Shown here: one piece after another, positions 1-10,700 of the stretch
Position numbering within the stretch: position 1 is the stretch's first letter
Layout of the letters: each line of letters starts with the position of its first letter
NCBI GenBank assembly: GCA_963787975.1
Contig: CAWBEU010000007.1
Span: 429,926-493,925 of the forward strand
Direction: 5' to 3'
Origin: an uncultured Thermoplasmata archaeon
GTDB lineage: Archaea > Thermoplasmatota > Thermoplasmata > Lutacidiplasmatales > UBA184
DNA: 64,000 nucleotides
Position numbers and translations under genes: made by a program
The notes under the pieces: model-generated
What the model was told of the DNA's origin: nothing
Seen by the model: the letters and a program-made list of their open reading frames with translations, nothing else
Databases searched by the model: none

Positions 1-320
1 GTCGTAATGAGGTAGCCATAGGCCCCCTGCACCTTGCGATTCGGCCCGTTGGCCCACCGGGAGCCCGCCACGGTCTGGATGCTGCTCTGGGCGAACTGGG
101 CGGCTCCATCGATGAGTCCCACGAGGAACGGGGTGGCCGCCAGCGAGAAAATGAGAAAGAATGGAAGGATGGGCAGAACCATCTCGTATGACCAGTCGGA
201 AAAGAGACTGGTGACGGAGATCGCCCAGACGTCCGGCTGAATTCTGGGGGCGGGTCCCGAATCGCCGACGGGAGGTACGGGGGGAGCGGGGAGCGGGTTC
301 TCCGGAGTCTGCTCCCCCAA
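1..320 (-). CDS. MFS-type transporter, N-terminal part (gene continues beyond window start); possible TTG start near 320
   Basis: Reverse-strand translation gives DVWAISVTSLFSDWSYEMVLPILPFFL...LVGLIDGAAQFAQSSIQTVAGSRWANGPNRK, typical of the first TM helices and loop of major-facilitator transporters. Not in the ORF track because it is partial. Confidence 0.4.
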   Translation of the reverse strand, partial: MGEQTPENPLPAPPVPPVGDSGPAPRIQPDVWAISVTSLFSDWSYEMVLPILPFFLIFSLAATPFLVGLIDGAAQFAQSSIQTVAGSRWANGPNRKVQGAYGYLIT

Positions 321-528
321 GACGGGATCCCCCGGCTGGAGCGCTATTCCGCCGACCTACTTGGAACAACCTGCTCCGCAGAGGACCGAGGATCCGTTCG
401 ATACCTCATCCCGAGGGTGTTGAGCTCGGCGCTCCGTTCGGCTTCGGCAGGAGCCGCGAGCGAAGGGAAGAGAGGAAATGGTTGGGCGGCAAGTGTCGGG
501 AGCCCCACAGGGCCCGGATGCGCTGACC

Positions 529-957
529 CTAGGCCTTCAGCCCGAGCTGGCGGATCAGGTCCGAGGAGTTCCCGTAGGCCCGGAGCGAAAGGACCTTGTC
601 GCTGCTGTCGAAGACGATCCGGGTCAGCTGCTCCTGGCTGAACCTCTTGTTCGTGGCCGCGAAGGACTGGCCGTTCGCTAGGACCAACGGTCCCGTGTGG
701 GTTCCGTGGATCGAATCGACGACGATCGTTTCGCCCCCAGAGACAATGACCTTGCTTACGTCCATCGTCCAATCCGGGAACGCGGCGTAGTTCCCCATGT
801 AGAAAGCGCGGATGGCCTCCTTACCACGGATCGGCGCGTCCAGACTCGGGACCTGGAAGGTGGCGTCTTCCGCGTATTGTTCCATCAACCTCTCGACGTT
901 CCGGTCGTTGACGAGCTCAATCATCTGACGTGCGTTCTGTTCGGTGGTCTGCGACAA
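529..957 (-). CDS. SnoaL-like / NTF2-like fold protein (ketosteroid isomerase-like)
   Basis: 142 aa ORF. Sequence pattern EAIRAFYMGNYAAFPDWTMDVSKVIVSGGETIVVDSIHGTHTGP is typical of the SnoaL/limonene-epoxide-hydrolase-like family. Confidence 0.55.
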   Translation of the reverse strand: MSQTTEQNARQMIELVNDRNVERLMEQYAEDATFQVPSLDAPIRGKEAIRAFYMGNYAAFPDWTMDVSKVIVSGGETIVVDSIHGTHTGPLVLANGQSFAATNKRFSQEQLTRIVFDSSDKVLSLRAYGNSSDLIRQLGLKA

Positions 958-970
958 CTTCTATCTCCAC

Positions 971-980
971 CTATATAATG
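971..980. promoter_or_regulatory. TATA-box-like element (ctatataatg) in the divergent intergenic region between 529..957(-) and 1065..1502(+)
   Basis: Only AT island in an otherwise GC-rich spacer. Lies about 15-20 nt upstream of the minus-strand start codon, consistent with a leaderless archaeal-type promoter. Confidence 0.35.
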
Positions 981-1064
981 GCCGCCGAAGGGGATAAGTA
1001 GGCGTATGCTCGGCGCGGGCCTTCGCGGTGCAAACTCTAAGCCGACCGGTCCGCCTATCGGCTC

Positions 1065-1502
1065 GTGGCGCCCAAGGTTCGGTTCGTCTACTCGGGAATC
1101 CGTGTGCGGAGCCTTGCTCGCTCGGTACGGTTCTACCGACGACTGGGCTTCCGCGTCTTGAAGAAGGGCTGGTTCTCTCACGGAGGGCGGTGGATTCACC
1201 TCGTCCATCCCAGTTCGACGCACCGTATCGAGCTCAACTACTACCCGAAAGGAACGCCGTTCTACGAGCCGTTCCGATCGGGTACGGAGTTCGACCACTT
1301 CGGATTTTACGTGACCGACCCTCAGCAGTGGATCCGACAGGCCGTGAAGGCCGGCGCCCGTCCGATCACGGCCTTCGTGGACGGGCCCGTCCTGCTCGCC
1401 TACGTCCGTGACCCGGACGGAGTTTGGCTCGGTGCGTGCGGACCCTCCGAGCCGCGACGCACACGGCCGCGACGGTCGGCGAAACGAGCTCGTCGGTCGT
1501 AG
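1065..1502 (+). CDS. VOC/glyoxalase-bleomycin-resistance fold protein
   Basis: GIRVRSLARSVRFYRRLGFRV...HLVHPSSTHRIELNYYP...EFDHFGFYVTDPQQW...LLAYVRDPDGVWLG are glyoxalase-fold signatures. The C-terminal Arg-rich tail is probably read-through. Confidence 0.6.
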   Translation: MAPKVRFVYSGIRVRSLARSVRFYRRLGFRVLKKGWFSHGGRWIHLVHPSSTHRIELNYYPKGTPFYEPFRSGTEFDHFGFYVTDPQQWIRQAVKAGARPITAFVDGPVLLAYVRDPDGVWLGACGPSEPRRTRPRRSAKRARRS

Positions 1503-1538
1503 GAATCGGACCGCGAGGTCGGGGTCCGAGGCGGCGGA

Positions 1539-2324
1539 CTATCGCCGACGCTTCCTGCGACGCGACGGAATATTGTCGCCCTCGACCAGCCCCGCTTCCA
1601 GTAGCTTCTGAAGCAACAATTCGTGCTTGCGCTCGTCGGCCTCCATGCTGTCCCACAGGATCCGCATCACCCCGCCGAGGTCGGCCCCGAGGGCATTGCC
1701 GCCCTTCTCCTCGGCCTCGTGCTCCCGTTCGATGAGGTGCTCGACATCCACCCGGGTGATCCCCGTCGGGATGCTCGAGGTGACCCCCCGGTCCAGATAG
1801 GCAGCGAGCGACGCCGCGATCTCGGCGTGTCGCAGACTGTCGGAGGCGATCTGACGAAACAACGCTCGGGTCAACTCGTCCCGAGACCGCTGGGCGAGTC
1901 GCATGCACTCGGCCACGGCGTTCTGTTCTCCGGTGATCCGGTTGCGAAGCCAACGGGGAGCCTCCCGTCGGACCGGGGGCCTCGCCGAGGACCCATCGCG
2001 GGGCGTTCGCACTCCGCCGGAAGGGCCATAAAGCTCTCCGAGCGCGATCGCCGCTTGGAGGACCACCTGCGGCCCCCCGGGCACGGCCATGAGCTGCTGC
2101 GCCGTGCTCCGGGCAATGCGCCGAGCCGCTTCGTTGTCGAGGTACCGCGCGAGGCGGAGTCCGAGTCGCTTCCCGGAGAGATACTGCGAGACCGATGAGG
2201 GAACAATGCCCAGGAGCGCCGCCGCCTGCCGTTCGGGCAGACCGAACCCTTCCACCAGCTCGCGGGCCACGAGCGCTTGCATGACCTGTACCCAGACGAC
2301 GGGCGAAGTGGTCGGAGCCGTCAT
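1539..2324 (-). CDS. Putative transcriptional regulator: N-terminal HTH plus C-terminal ferritin/rubrerythrin-like helical domain
   Basis: The N-terminus LVEGFGLPERQAAALLGIVPSSVSQYLSGKR resembles an HTH. The C-terminus carries ExxH/E-rich helices (EHLIEREHEAEE, DERKHELLLQKLLEAG). Start may be an internal Met. Confidence 0.35.
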   Translation of the reverse strand: MTAPTTSPVVWVQVMQALVARELVEGFGLPERQAAALLGIVPSSVSQYLSGKRLGLRLARYLDNEAARRIARSTAQQLMAVPGGPQVVLQAAIALGELYGPSGGVRTPRDGSSARPPVRREAPRWLRNRITGEQNAVAECMRLAQRSRDELTRALFRQIASDSLRHAEIAASLAAYLDRGVTSSIPTGITRVDVEHLIEREHEAEEKGGNALGADLGGVMRILWDSMEADERKHELLLQKLLEAGLVEGDNIPSRRRKRRR

Positions 2325-2328
2325 GGCC

Positions 2329-3096
2329 TCAGATCGCGTTGACCGCGAACCCGATCAAGAAGCCCAGCATGACCCCCACGTAGACGATCCGGTTCCGTCG
2401 GACCGCCGCCTCCTTCGAGTCCAGGGGGCGGAACGCCACCCGTAGCATCGGGAGGAGCACGTACGCGATCGCACCGATGGCGAGGGCGTCGAAGAGGACC
2501 AGGAACAGATTGCTGCTCCAGTAGTACCCGATCGCTCCCCCGATGATCGTTGGAAGTCCCCCGATAAGGAAGAGCCCGGCCATCATGGCCGCCGACCGCT
2601 TCGCATTCGTTCCGAGGAACGGCGAAGCGATCGGGAATCCCTCGGTCACGTTCTGGAGAAAGAATCCGATGAAGACGACCGCAAGTATTCCGACGGTGCC
2701 CCGGACCCAGTTGGCTCCGAAGACCAACCCTTCGGTAAGGTTCTGGAGGCCGATTCCGAGCGCGATGATCAGGGCGGTCACCCGGGGACCTTCTGCCGCC
2801 GCGACGGGGCGACTCGGTAGGTTGTCGACCACGTACAGTCCCACGAACGCCACGAGAAACGCGGCGCCGAAGAGGAACGCGTACCCCAGATTGGCAACGT
2901 AACCGGTGGGGTATATGATCGGGCTGACGTCCGAGAAGATATCCGCCAAGAGAAAGACCAGTATCCCGATCGCCCCAGCGTTCAGGACGACGGCCCACCG
3001 CCCTTGGGCCCGCTTGCTATAGACCACGGGCAACGAAATGAAGATGGACAGACCCATCACGGTGGCCAGAACTAGGAAGAGCGGAAAGTTCCCCAT
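2329..3096 (-). CDS. ZIP-family divalent metal transporter (ZupT-like)
   Basis: 255 aa, polytopic membrane protein. Paired GLQNLTEG and LQNVTEG motifs in consecutive TM helices are ZIP-family signatures. Confidence 0.8.
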   Translation of the reverse strand: MGNFPLFLVLATVMGLSIFISLPVVYSKRAQGRWAVVLNAGAIGILVFLLADIFSDVSPIIYPTGYVANLGYAFLFGAAFLVAFVGLYVVDNLPSRPVAAAEGPRVTALIIALGIGLQNLTEGLVFGANWVRGTVGILAVVFIGFFLQNVTEGFPIASPFLGTNAKRSAAMMAGLFLIGGLPTIIGGAIGYYWSSNLFLVLFDALAIGAIAYVLLPMLRVAFRPLDSKEAAVRRNRIVYVGVMLGFLIGFAVNAI

Positions 3097-3365
3097 GCAC
3101 CGACTGCCGGTCCCGTCCCACCTAGGAGCGCGTGATAAGCGCTTTGTCCGTGATGTAGCTACGAATCGTGTTCACATCGTGAATGCACGCACGCGGGGAG
3201 GGCACGGGGCCCTCGGAGCGGTCGCGTCCTACGAGCTCACCCCGCCGGAGCTCTCCGCCATTCTCTACGACAATGCCGCACAACTTTTCGGACTGCCCCT
3301 GCGTCGATCGTACGGCGACCGAACCCGGTGGCGGCCGGACCCTGCGGCCGTAGACCTTCGCAGGG

Positions 3366-5183
3366 TCACCCGGACGGGGGACCGGGAGGAGGCGTCGGCG
3401 GGACCGGGAGAGCGGATAGCGCCTGCTGCTTCCGGCGACGGAGCCGGAGAACGATCAGGAGTGCAAGGATGACCACCACGACTACCACGATCGCGTAGAT
3501 CCACCAGCTGCTAGTCGAGCTGCTGGAGCTGGGTCCGGCGGACACGGTGACCGACACGGTCCTCGTGATCGAAGCTCCCGCGGAGTCGTGTAGAACCAAC
3601 TGGGCGGTGTACTGCCCGACCGCGGCGTACGCGCGCGTCGGGCTCTGGAGGGCCGAGGTGCCCCCATCCCCGAAGCTCCAGGCGTAGGTGTAGGGCGGCG
3701 TGCCTCCCCCGGGGGTCGGGGTGAAGGACACCGTCTGGTTGACTCGGGCACTGGTCGGCGATGCGGAGATGGTCAGCGTGAGCGGAGGCGGCGTCGCGGT
3801 GATGGTCCAATTCTGCACGACGGTGTTCGCCGCATGGTCCGTGACCGTCAACGTGGCGTTGTACTTCCCGGCGTTGGCGTACGTGTGACTGATGTTCCCC
3901 GCCGCCGAGTTCGCGGTCGAATCGTCGAAGTCCCAGGAGACGGTGTAGGGCGGGGTCCCTCCCGAAACGTCCGAGCTGAAGGCTACCTGCAGCGGGATCG
4001 GGCCGCTCTGCGGTTGCGCATTGGCGGTCACCTTCAAGGGGGGCGGAGGCACCCCTGACGTGAGATTGAGTTTCCAGGTCGAGTTCGTATACGTCGACGT
4101 CGACTCATCGAACAGGACGAGGTAATGATCGGCGTAGTCGTAGGTCATCTGGCCCCACGTCGTGGTCTGCGGCGGAGTGGGGACCAGGTTGTACGCCGCC
4201 CACGTCCCGGCCACGTAGGTGTACGTGGTCGACGAGTCCGCCGTGGGAGATCCGCCGAAGACGACCACCTTGGAGAGGGCGGGGTCGTAGGCCATCCCCG
4301 GTCCGGAGCGTGCGTCGGGCGCCCCCGAGGTGGAGACCGGACTCCAGGTCCCCCCGGAGTAGGTCCATGTGTCGTTGAAGTAGTCAGACACCCCCAGGCC
4401 GCCGAACAGGAGCATCTTGCCGTCCGCCCCATCGTACACCATGGTGGCGCCGTCTCGGCCCGGGGGGGCGACCACGGTTGTGACGTTGGTCCAGGTGTTG
4501 GCGTGGAACTCCCACGTCTGATTGGTGTACGCCTGGGACGGGGCGCCCCCCGTGTTTCCGCCGAACAGGAGCACCGAGCCGGTCTGGTTATCGTAGGCCA
4601 TCGAAGCCCAGAACATCCGCGGTGGCGAGTGGACCGGAGAGACGTTAGTCCAAACGCCGCCCGAGTAGGTCCACGTGTCATTCAGCCAAGAGGTCCGATA
4701 GGACGAACCCCCAAACAGGACGACCTCGTGATCGGCGGGGTCATCGGCGAGGCCGGCCCCCAGTCGGCCTGAAGGCGCATCGGCCGGGTTCGTCACGTTG
4801 GTCCATACGCCCCCGGAGAACGTCCACGTGTCATTCTGCCAGATTAAGGGGCCAGCGGAGTTGCTCTGACCCCCGAAGAGCAGGACGTACCCATCCTGGG
4901 AATCGAACACCATCCCGCCGGAAAGTCGAGGAGGCGGCATGTGCGCGGGAGAGATGTCCGTCCATTGGAACCCCGCGGCGACGGGGGCAGCCACTGCGCC
5001 CGGGGAGGGGAGGGGGAGCGAGTGCTCTACCGAGTAGGACTGCGCAATCGAGTTGGTACCGATTGACACGATCACCGTGCCGCGGTCGTGAACCCCCGAC
5101 AGTCCCGATGCGAGGATCGTAGACACTGTGACCGCGAGCACTAAGAACGCGATTCGGACCCCCGCCCGGCGCTGCGGATGCAT
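3366..5183 (-). CDS. Secreted Kelch-repeat beta-propeller plus two PKD domains, with C-terminal TM anchor and Pro-rich cytoplasmic tail
   Basis: N-terminal signal peptide MHPQRRAGVRIAFLVLAVTVSTILA. Repeated xLLFGG...GGVWTNV Kelch blades. Two PKD motifs (PPYTVSWDFDDS, PPYTYAWSFGDGGTS). C-terminal IYAIVVVVVVILALLIVLRLRRRKQQ TM helix with basic patch, then a PPTPPPGPPSG tail. Confidence 0.7.
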   Translation of the reverse strand: MHPQRRAGVRIAFLVLAVTVSTILASGLSGVHDRGTVIVSIGTNSIAQSYSVEHSLPLPSPGAVAAPVAAGFQWTDISPAHMPPPRLSGGMVFDSQDGYVLLFGGQSNSAGPLIWQNDTWTFSGGVWTNVTNPADAPSGRLGAGLADDPADHEVVLFGGSSYRTSWLNDTWTYSGGVWTNVSPVHSPPRMFWASMAYDNQTGSVLLFGGNTGGAPSQAYTNQTWEFHANTWTNVTTVVAPPGRDGATMVYDGADGKMLLFGGLGVSDYFNDTWTYSGGTWSPVSTSGAPDARSGPGMAYDPALSKVVVFGGSPTADSSTTYTYVAGTWAAYNLVPTPPQTTTWGQMTYDYADHYLVLFDESTSTYTNSTWKLNLTSGVPPPPLKVTANAQPQSGPIPLQVAFSSDVSGGTPPYTVSWDFDDSTANSAAGNISHTYANAGKYNATLTVTDHAANTVVQNWTITATPPPLTLTISASPTSARVNQTVSFTPTPGGGTPPYTYAWSFGDGGTSALQSPTRAYAAVGQYTAQLVLHDSAGASITRTVSVTVSAGPSSSSSTSSWWIYAIVVVVVVILALLIVLRLRRRKQQALSALPVPPTPPPGPPSG

Positions 5184-5410
5184 GCGGTCGGCACGAGGCT
5201 CCGGTACTTAGTAGAATTGACAAACTGCGCGGACCCGGGTTCAAGGAGTGCGGCCTGATCCGTTGAGGGGCCGAACATCCCGCGGCGGCGCAGCCCGCCG
5301 GCCCCGAAGCGTGCCCGGACCGGGTCGACCCCTCCTCGCCTGAGGGCCGGGTCTCAGCCGGCTCTAAATTCTCGCCCGGCCTCGGTTGAGGTGCCCGGCG
5401 AATCGAATCG

Positions 5411-6883
5411 ATGGCGAGTGCAGGTCGCGTGGCCACCGCCCACCCCATTAGTACCGCCATCGGTCGCTCAATCCTCGAGGAAGGCGGGAACGCTTACGAC
5501 GCCGCACTCGCCGTGAGTGCTTCCCTTCCCGTGGTCCTACCGCAGGCGAACGGGGTGGGCTCCGACCTGTTCGCGGTCATTCGGGACCAGTCGATAGAGA
5601 CGCTCAACGCCAGCGGGCCGTCGGCGGAACTGGCCACTCCCGAGCGGTTCGAGGCGGCCGGACGCACGGCTATCCCCGACCACGGACCCCTCGCGTCGTT
5701 CATGGTCCCGGGGCTCGTCGCCGCGTGGTCCTTCTTCGCGGAGCGGGCCACGATGCCCTTTCCTACACTGGTCGCGCCGGCGGTCCACTGGGCCCGGCAC
5801 GGGGTCCCCGTAACCCCGCTCCTTGCGACGGCGATTGCTGGGATGCCGTGGGCAGATCCCGACTGGCAGCGCACGTATCGAGGACACGGGGCAGGGAAAA
5901 CCTTGCGCCAACCAGACCTCGCCCGGACGCTCGAAGGAATCGCCCTCGACGGAGGGCACGGGTTCTACCACGGACCCCTGGCCCACCGGATCGAGCAAGA
6001 CATGCTCGACAAGGGCGGGCTGCTGCGCTTCGCCGACCTAGACCGCTACGAGCCGACCCACCCCGCCCCGCTCCGTGTTCGTTACCGGGGCTACGACGTG
6101 CTCACGACACCACCGAACAGTCAGGGCGCGACCGCGCTCTACTGGCTCGCTCGGCTGGAACACCATGCCCTAGCGGCGATGACTCCCTCCGAGTACGTCG
6201 CGACGCTTCTCGAAACGATGTACCCCGCGTACGAATTCCGCGCCCGCTACATCGGCGACCCCGATCGCCTACCCCTTCCTCCCGACTGGCTGGAGGCCCC
6301 AGCGAAGCCCCCATCGCACGACGCGGCGAGGAATCTTCCCCTCTCGGGCCGGGACACGACTGCTTTTTCCGTCTTCGACGGAACCATCGGCCTGAGCGTG
6401 ATCCAGAGTAACTACGAGGGCTTCGGATCCGGACACACCGTGGCCGGGACCGGGATCAACTTGAACGACCGAGGCACGTACTTCACGCTCGATCGGAATC
6501 ACCACAACGTCGTCGCTCCGCGAAAGAGGACGTTCCACACGCTCATGGCCACCGCCGCCGTCGGTCCGGAGATGATCCTCCTCGGGTCGATGGGCGGCGA
6601 TATCCAACCCCAGGTCAACGTGCAGGTGCTCTCGGGGATTCTGGACCGGGGCCTCACGGTCCAGGAAGCGATCGACGCTCCACGGTTCGCCTATCCGGCT
6701 TCCATCTATGGCTCCGCGGCGCTCATCGCAGAGGCGGGGCGAGGCCTATCGGACGTCCCGCCACCCGACCAGCCTTCGCAAATGGGCCACTGCCAGGGGA
6801 TCCAAGTCGGCGCCGGGGTCGCGGTCGGGATTGACCCCCGGGGAGAGGGTCGATTGCGTCTGCCCGGCGTGGATCCGCCCTGA
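5411..6883 (+). CDS. ggt: Gamma-glutamyltransferase family Ntn-hydrolase (no signal peptide)
   Basis: 490 aa. The TTAFSVFDG / GSGHTVAGTGINLND / SMGGD motifs match the GGT autoproteolytic Thr and catalytic core. Confidence 0.8.
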   Translation: MASAGRVATAHPISTAIGRSILEEGGNAYDAALAVSASLPVVLPQANGVGSDLFAVIRDQSIETLNASGPSAELATPERFEAAGRTAIPDHGPLASFMVPGLVAAWSFFAERATMPFPTLVAPAVHWARHGVPVTPLLATAIAGMPWADPDWQRTYRGHGAGKTLRQPDLARTLEGIALDGGHGFYHGPLAHRIEQDMLDKGGLLRFADLDRYEPTHPAPLRVRYRGYDVLTTPPNSQGATALYWLARLEHHALAAMTPSEYVATLLETMYPAYEFRARYIGDPDRLPLPPDWLEAPAKPPSHDAARNLPLSGRDTTAFSVFDGTIGLSVIQSNYEGFGSGHTVAGTGINLNDRGTYFTLDRNHHNVVAPRKRTFHTLMATAAVGPEMILLGSMGGDIQPQVNVQVLSGILDRGLTVQEAIDAPRFAYPASIYGSAALIAEAGRGLSDVPPPDQPSQMGHCQGIQVGAGVAVGIDPRGEGRLRLPGVDPP

Positions 6884-6965
6884 GACGAGCCGCGACGCGC
6901 GAGACCCACGGGCTTCCTAGATCAGCGCAACGTTCAACCTCTGGCCCGATTGGTCTACCGATACC

Positions 6966-7424
6966 ATGTCCGCGCCGGCCCCCAGAATCCGCGTCGTCCG
7001 CGCCACTCTCCAGGATATCGACCGCCTGGTCCCGCTCTTTGGGGCGTACCGGGAATTCTACCGTCGACCGGCCGACCCCGACGGCTCCCGACGCTTCCTC
7101 ACGGAGCGACTGACCCGGGGAGAGAGCGTCGTCTTCCTAGCGGAGGACCACACCCGTGCTCTCGGTTTCACTCAGCTGTACCCGACCTACGCCTCTCTGT
7201 CCATGAAGCCCTGGTGGGTACTGTACGATCTGTACGTCGTGCCAGCCGCCCGTCGGAAGGGCGTGGCGTCCCTCCTGCTCGACCGCGCGAAGCAGCTCGC
7301 AAAAGAGACCGGAGCCGACGGTCTCAGTTTGGAGACGGCCAAGGATAATCCGGCGCAAGCCCTCTACGAGGCGCACGGCTGGAAGCGCGACGAGCTGTTC
7401 CTCCACTACGAACTCTACCTCTAA
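6966..7424 (+). CDS. GNAT family N-acetyltransferase
   Basis: 152 aa with the acetyl-CoA binding motif VVPAARRKGVASLLL...AKETGADGLSLETAKDN. Confidence 0.8.
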   Translation: MSAPAPRIRVVRATLQDIDRLVPLFGAYREFYRRPADPDGSRRFLTERLTRGESVVFLAEDHTRALGFTQLYPTYASLSMKPWWVLYDLYVVPAARRKGVASLLLDRAKQLAKETGADGLSLETAKDNPAQALYEAHGWKRDELFLHYELYL

Positions 7425-7470
7425 CCTGCGCGCGGTTGCCGCGCCCTGCGGCGCGCGGGACGGGAGAGGC
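7425..7470. terminator. GC-rich dyad symmetries (gcgcggttgccgcgc / cgcgccctgcggcgcg) immediately after the GNAT stop codon
   Basis: Inverted repeats seen directly in the sequence. No T-tract follows, so a terminator function is uncertain. Confidence 0.25.
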
Positions 7471-7740
7471 TCCAGGTCGACTCACTCTCGCTGAATGTGG
7501 CCGGCACCGTTGGTCGGGGCGGGTCCCCTGGCAGGGTTTTTCCCAGCCCCCTTCCGATAGGCTTAGGAGCCCATCCCCTTTGGGAGGAAGACGCGTGGAA
7601 ATTCGCTCGTCAGCCCTATGCGAGCCTCTAAGGGTCCCTCGCCGTCGCCCGAGCCTCCGGGGCGGGCCCGCGCTCCTCAGCAGGCCGCTGAACAACCCGT
7701 CCGGTAAACAATCGAAATTCTTCGTGAGGAAGGGAAAACC

Positions 7741-10700
7741 ATGCAGGAAATGTTGAAGATGGGATCGCGCCCGCGCCGACTGGCGATGATCGTGTTCCTG
7801 GCTCTGCTCATGGCGCTGCCCGGGTCGGCCGTGCTCGCCGAACATGCCGTCTCGACTCCGGCCGCGCCGGTCGCTCTCTCGGCAGCGCAGCTGCAAGCCG
7901 CCCCCCTGACCCACGCGAGTCAAAGCCCCGCCTCGACACTCGGCCCGGCGAGAGATCTAGGCCAAATCGCCCCGTCCACTTCCTTCTACTTCACGGTCAG
8001 CTTCGACCTAAGCCATCAGGCCGCGTTGACCAACCTGATTCAAGAACAGGAATCCCCCGGGGGCGCGCTGTACCGTCACTACCTCACCCAGCAGCAATTT
8101 GACCAGGAATTCGGCCCCTCCCCACTGCTCGATACCGAAGCGACGAGTTACTTCACCTCCTTTGGGATGACGAGCGTCGCGACCGGCTCCCCGCTCGTGC
8201 TGGCGTTCAGGGCGCCCGCCAGCGCGGTAGAAGCTGCCTTCCATTCACCCATCGATCGATACCAGACGGCCGACGGAACGGTCCAGTACACGAACAGCAA
8301 GCCGCTCTCCCTCCCCGCACCTCTCGCGGGATTCCTCTCGTCCGTCAACGGCGTCTCGAGCTTCCCCGTGATGCAGCCGACCTTCATGGCCGCACCGGGG
8401 GCCAATCCCCAGCCCTTCGGCGGTTCGGCCGGCGCGCCCACCCCGCAGGGAACCATCAGTGAGGCGGTGAACTGGTCCACCCCGGCCTACCTCTACGCCC
8501 CCGCGGGCTCCGGCCCGACGTTCGGCGGAACACCGATCCAGTTCCTGAACCCCGCCACCATGACCGTCGCGTACAACGCGACCGGGCTGTATGCGTTGGG
8601 CGACGAGGGCCAGGGATCGACCATCGCCGTCGTCATGGGCGAAGGGTACAACCCTTCTGATCTCGCCACGTTCTCCAACGAAACCTTCGGGAACCCGAAC
8701 CAGCTCCTCGACCGTCTCAGCGCGTATCCGGTGGCCGGTCCCCTCGCGAACGCTACCGCGCCCGGTGCCGTGTACCAGACCGGAGGGCTGTCGTTCGAGT
8801 TCTCCATCGACCTCGAGTATTCCAGCACGATGGCACCGAAGGCCCACATCGACGCCGTCTACGGCACTGGCCTCGATACCGAATCGCTCGTCAGCGACTA
8901 CGCCAAGGTCGCGAGCCTGACACCGGTGCCGAACGTCGTGACGAACAGCTGGGGGGGCTCCGAGGACGCTTGGTGGAACGTCATGGGCCCCAGCTGGCAA
9001 GGCGGCGGCGCCATGGAGAGCCAGTTTGAGGAACTCGCCGCGCTCGGCTGCACGGTGCTCTTCTCCAGCGCCGACGACGCCGGGTTCGACAGCTTGACCG
9101 GCATGCTCTCGGCGAGCTTCCCCGCGACGAGCCCCTATGTCACCTCGGTGGACGGCACCCGCACAACGGTGGGCAATGGGGCCCTCGACTCCTTCCCGGC
9201 TCCGGACTACACGGTCAATACCACGGTAGCAGAGTTGGGGTCCTCCGAGACCGGCTCGGGGCCGTTCTGGTTCCCGAATGTCACCCTGAACGCGGTGAAT
9301 GTCGCCGCCGTAACGAACGAGAGTTACTGGTACACCCCGGCCTTTCCGGGGGCACCGGCGACGGTTCCGCCGTACGCCGGCGGCGGCATCGGATTGAGCA
9401 TGTTCTTCCAACAGCCCTGGTGGCAGCACGGTTTCAACGTTTCCGATTCGGGACGCCGGATGGCCGCGGACATCGCCGCGGAGGCCGATTTCAACGAGAC
9501 CGTCTACTTTGATTCCGCCTGGAACTTCTTCTGGGGCGGCACCAGCTTTGCGTGTCCCACGGTCGCGGGGGAGATCGCCCTCATCGACACCTATCTCAAT
9601 ACGACGCTGGGCCCCACCCCCGGGCAGCACAGCTACTACACCGGCCTGATCAATCCCCTGATCTACAACGTCGCGAACGACCAGAACATCACCACGCCCG
9701 GCTTCAATCAGATCACCTACGGCACCAATCCGTTTGCCGACCAGGCGGCGGCGGCCGGACTCGGATGGCCGGGCGCCCAGAACTGGCCCGGAACCGCGGG
9801 GGCATCCCTCTGGAGATGGAACCTCCTGACCGGCTGGGGCGTTCCGAATGTCGGCCAATTGGCCAAGGACGCCGCGACGATCCTAAGCCAGACCTACTAC
9901 GTGGCGTTCGCCAACAACACGGCCGCCCTAACCGCGCCGAACGGCACGTACACGTTCACGGTCCAGACGATCACGGGCCACACTCCGGCCGCCAGCGACC
10001 CGCTCCAACTGTGGTTCTCGCCCGCGGGCCCGGTGGGCCTTCCCGTTGAGACCCAAACCACCACGAGCGGCACCGGTACGTTCACCTTCGATGCAACGAC
10101 GCCGGGCTTTCTCGAGGTCTATGCCCAGCACGCCGGGGAGAAGATCTTCCAGTCGATCTGGTTCTCGCCAGCGCCGCTGACGAGCGGCACCCTTTCCATC
10201 GCGGTCACGGGCGGAACCCCGTCCTCCATGATGGGCGGCTTCGATGCGTACAGTTACTTCTACGACGCAGCGTATCCCGCCGCGGGACCGATCGAACCGA
10301 ACACCGTGATCGTGCAGGTCACGTACAAGGCTACGCCGAGCAGCGCCCCGGTAGATGTCTACAATGCCCAAGTCATCGGACAGACGAACTTCACGGGCTA
10401 CTGGGACTCGCCCCCGTTCGTCAGCAATCCGGAGTTCAACTCTGGACTGATCCCCTCCTCCCAGAACACGTCGCTGACGTTGACCAACCTGGACGGGATC
10501 TGGTACGTACCGACCTGGAACGTTCCGGTCACGGAGACGTACTGGATCAACGCCACCTACCTCGGCTTGTCGGCCTCGACGACCTATCTCGTCACCCCCC
10601 GTGCCAACGTGGAGGGGGTCGGCCCCGTCGAGACCGCGATCGCGGGCGAGTTCTTCGGGGCGCCGGGATACATTGGCTACAGCGGCAACAACACCGTCCT

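Noticed and set aside
34-240. 68-aa plus-strand ORF at the window start
   Set aside because: Lies antisense to a convincing MFS-transporter N-terminus and has no motifs.
8245-9858. 537-aa minus-strand ORF antisense to the S53 peptidase gene, and many similar long ORFs (e.g. 11137-12591, 12096-13346, 24612-25772, 26289-28004, 36767-38671, 38668-40497, 43813-45090, 46307-47950)
   Set aside because: Extremely Arg/Gly/Pro/Asp-rich, motif-free translations lying opposite or out of frame to well-supported genes. These are typical stop-codon-poor shadow frames of >65% GC DNA.
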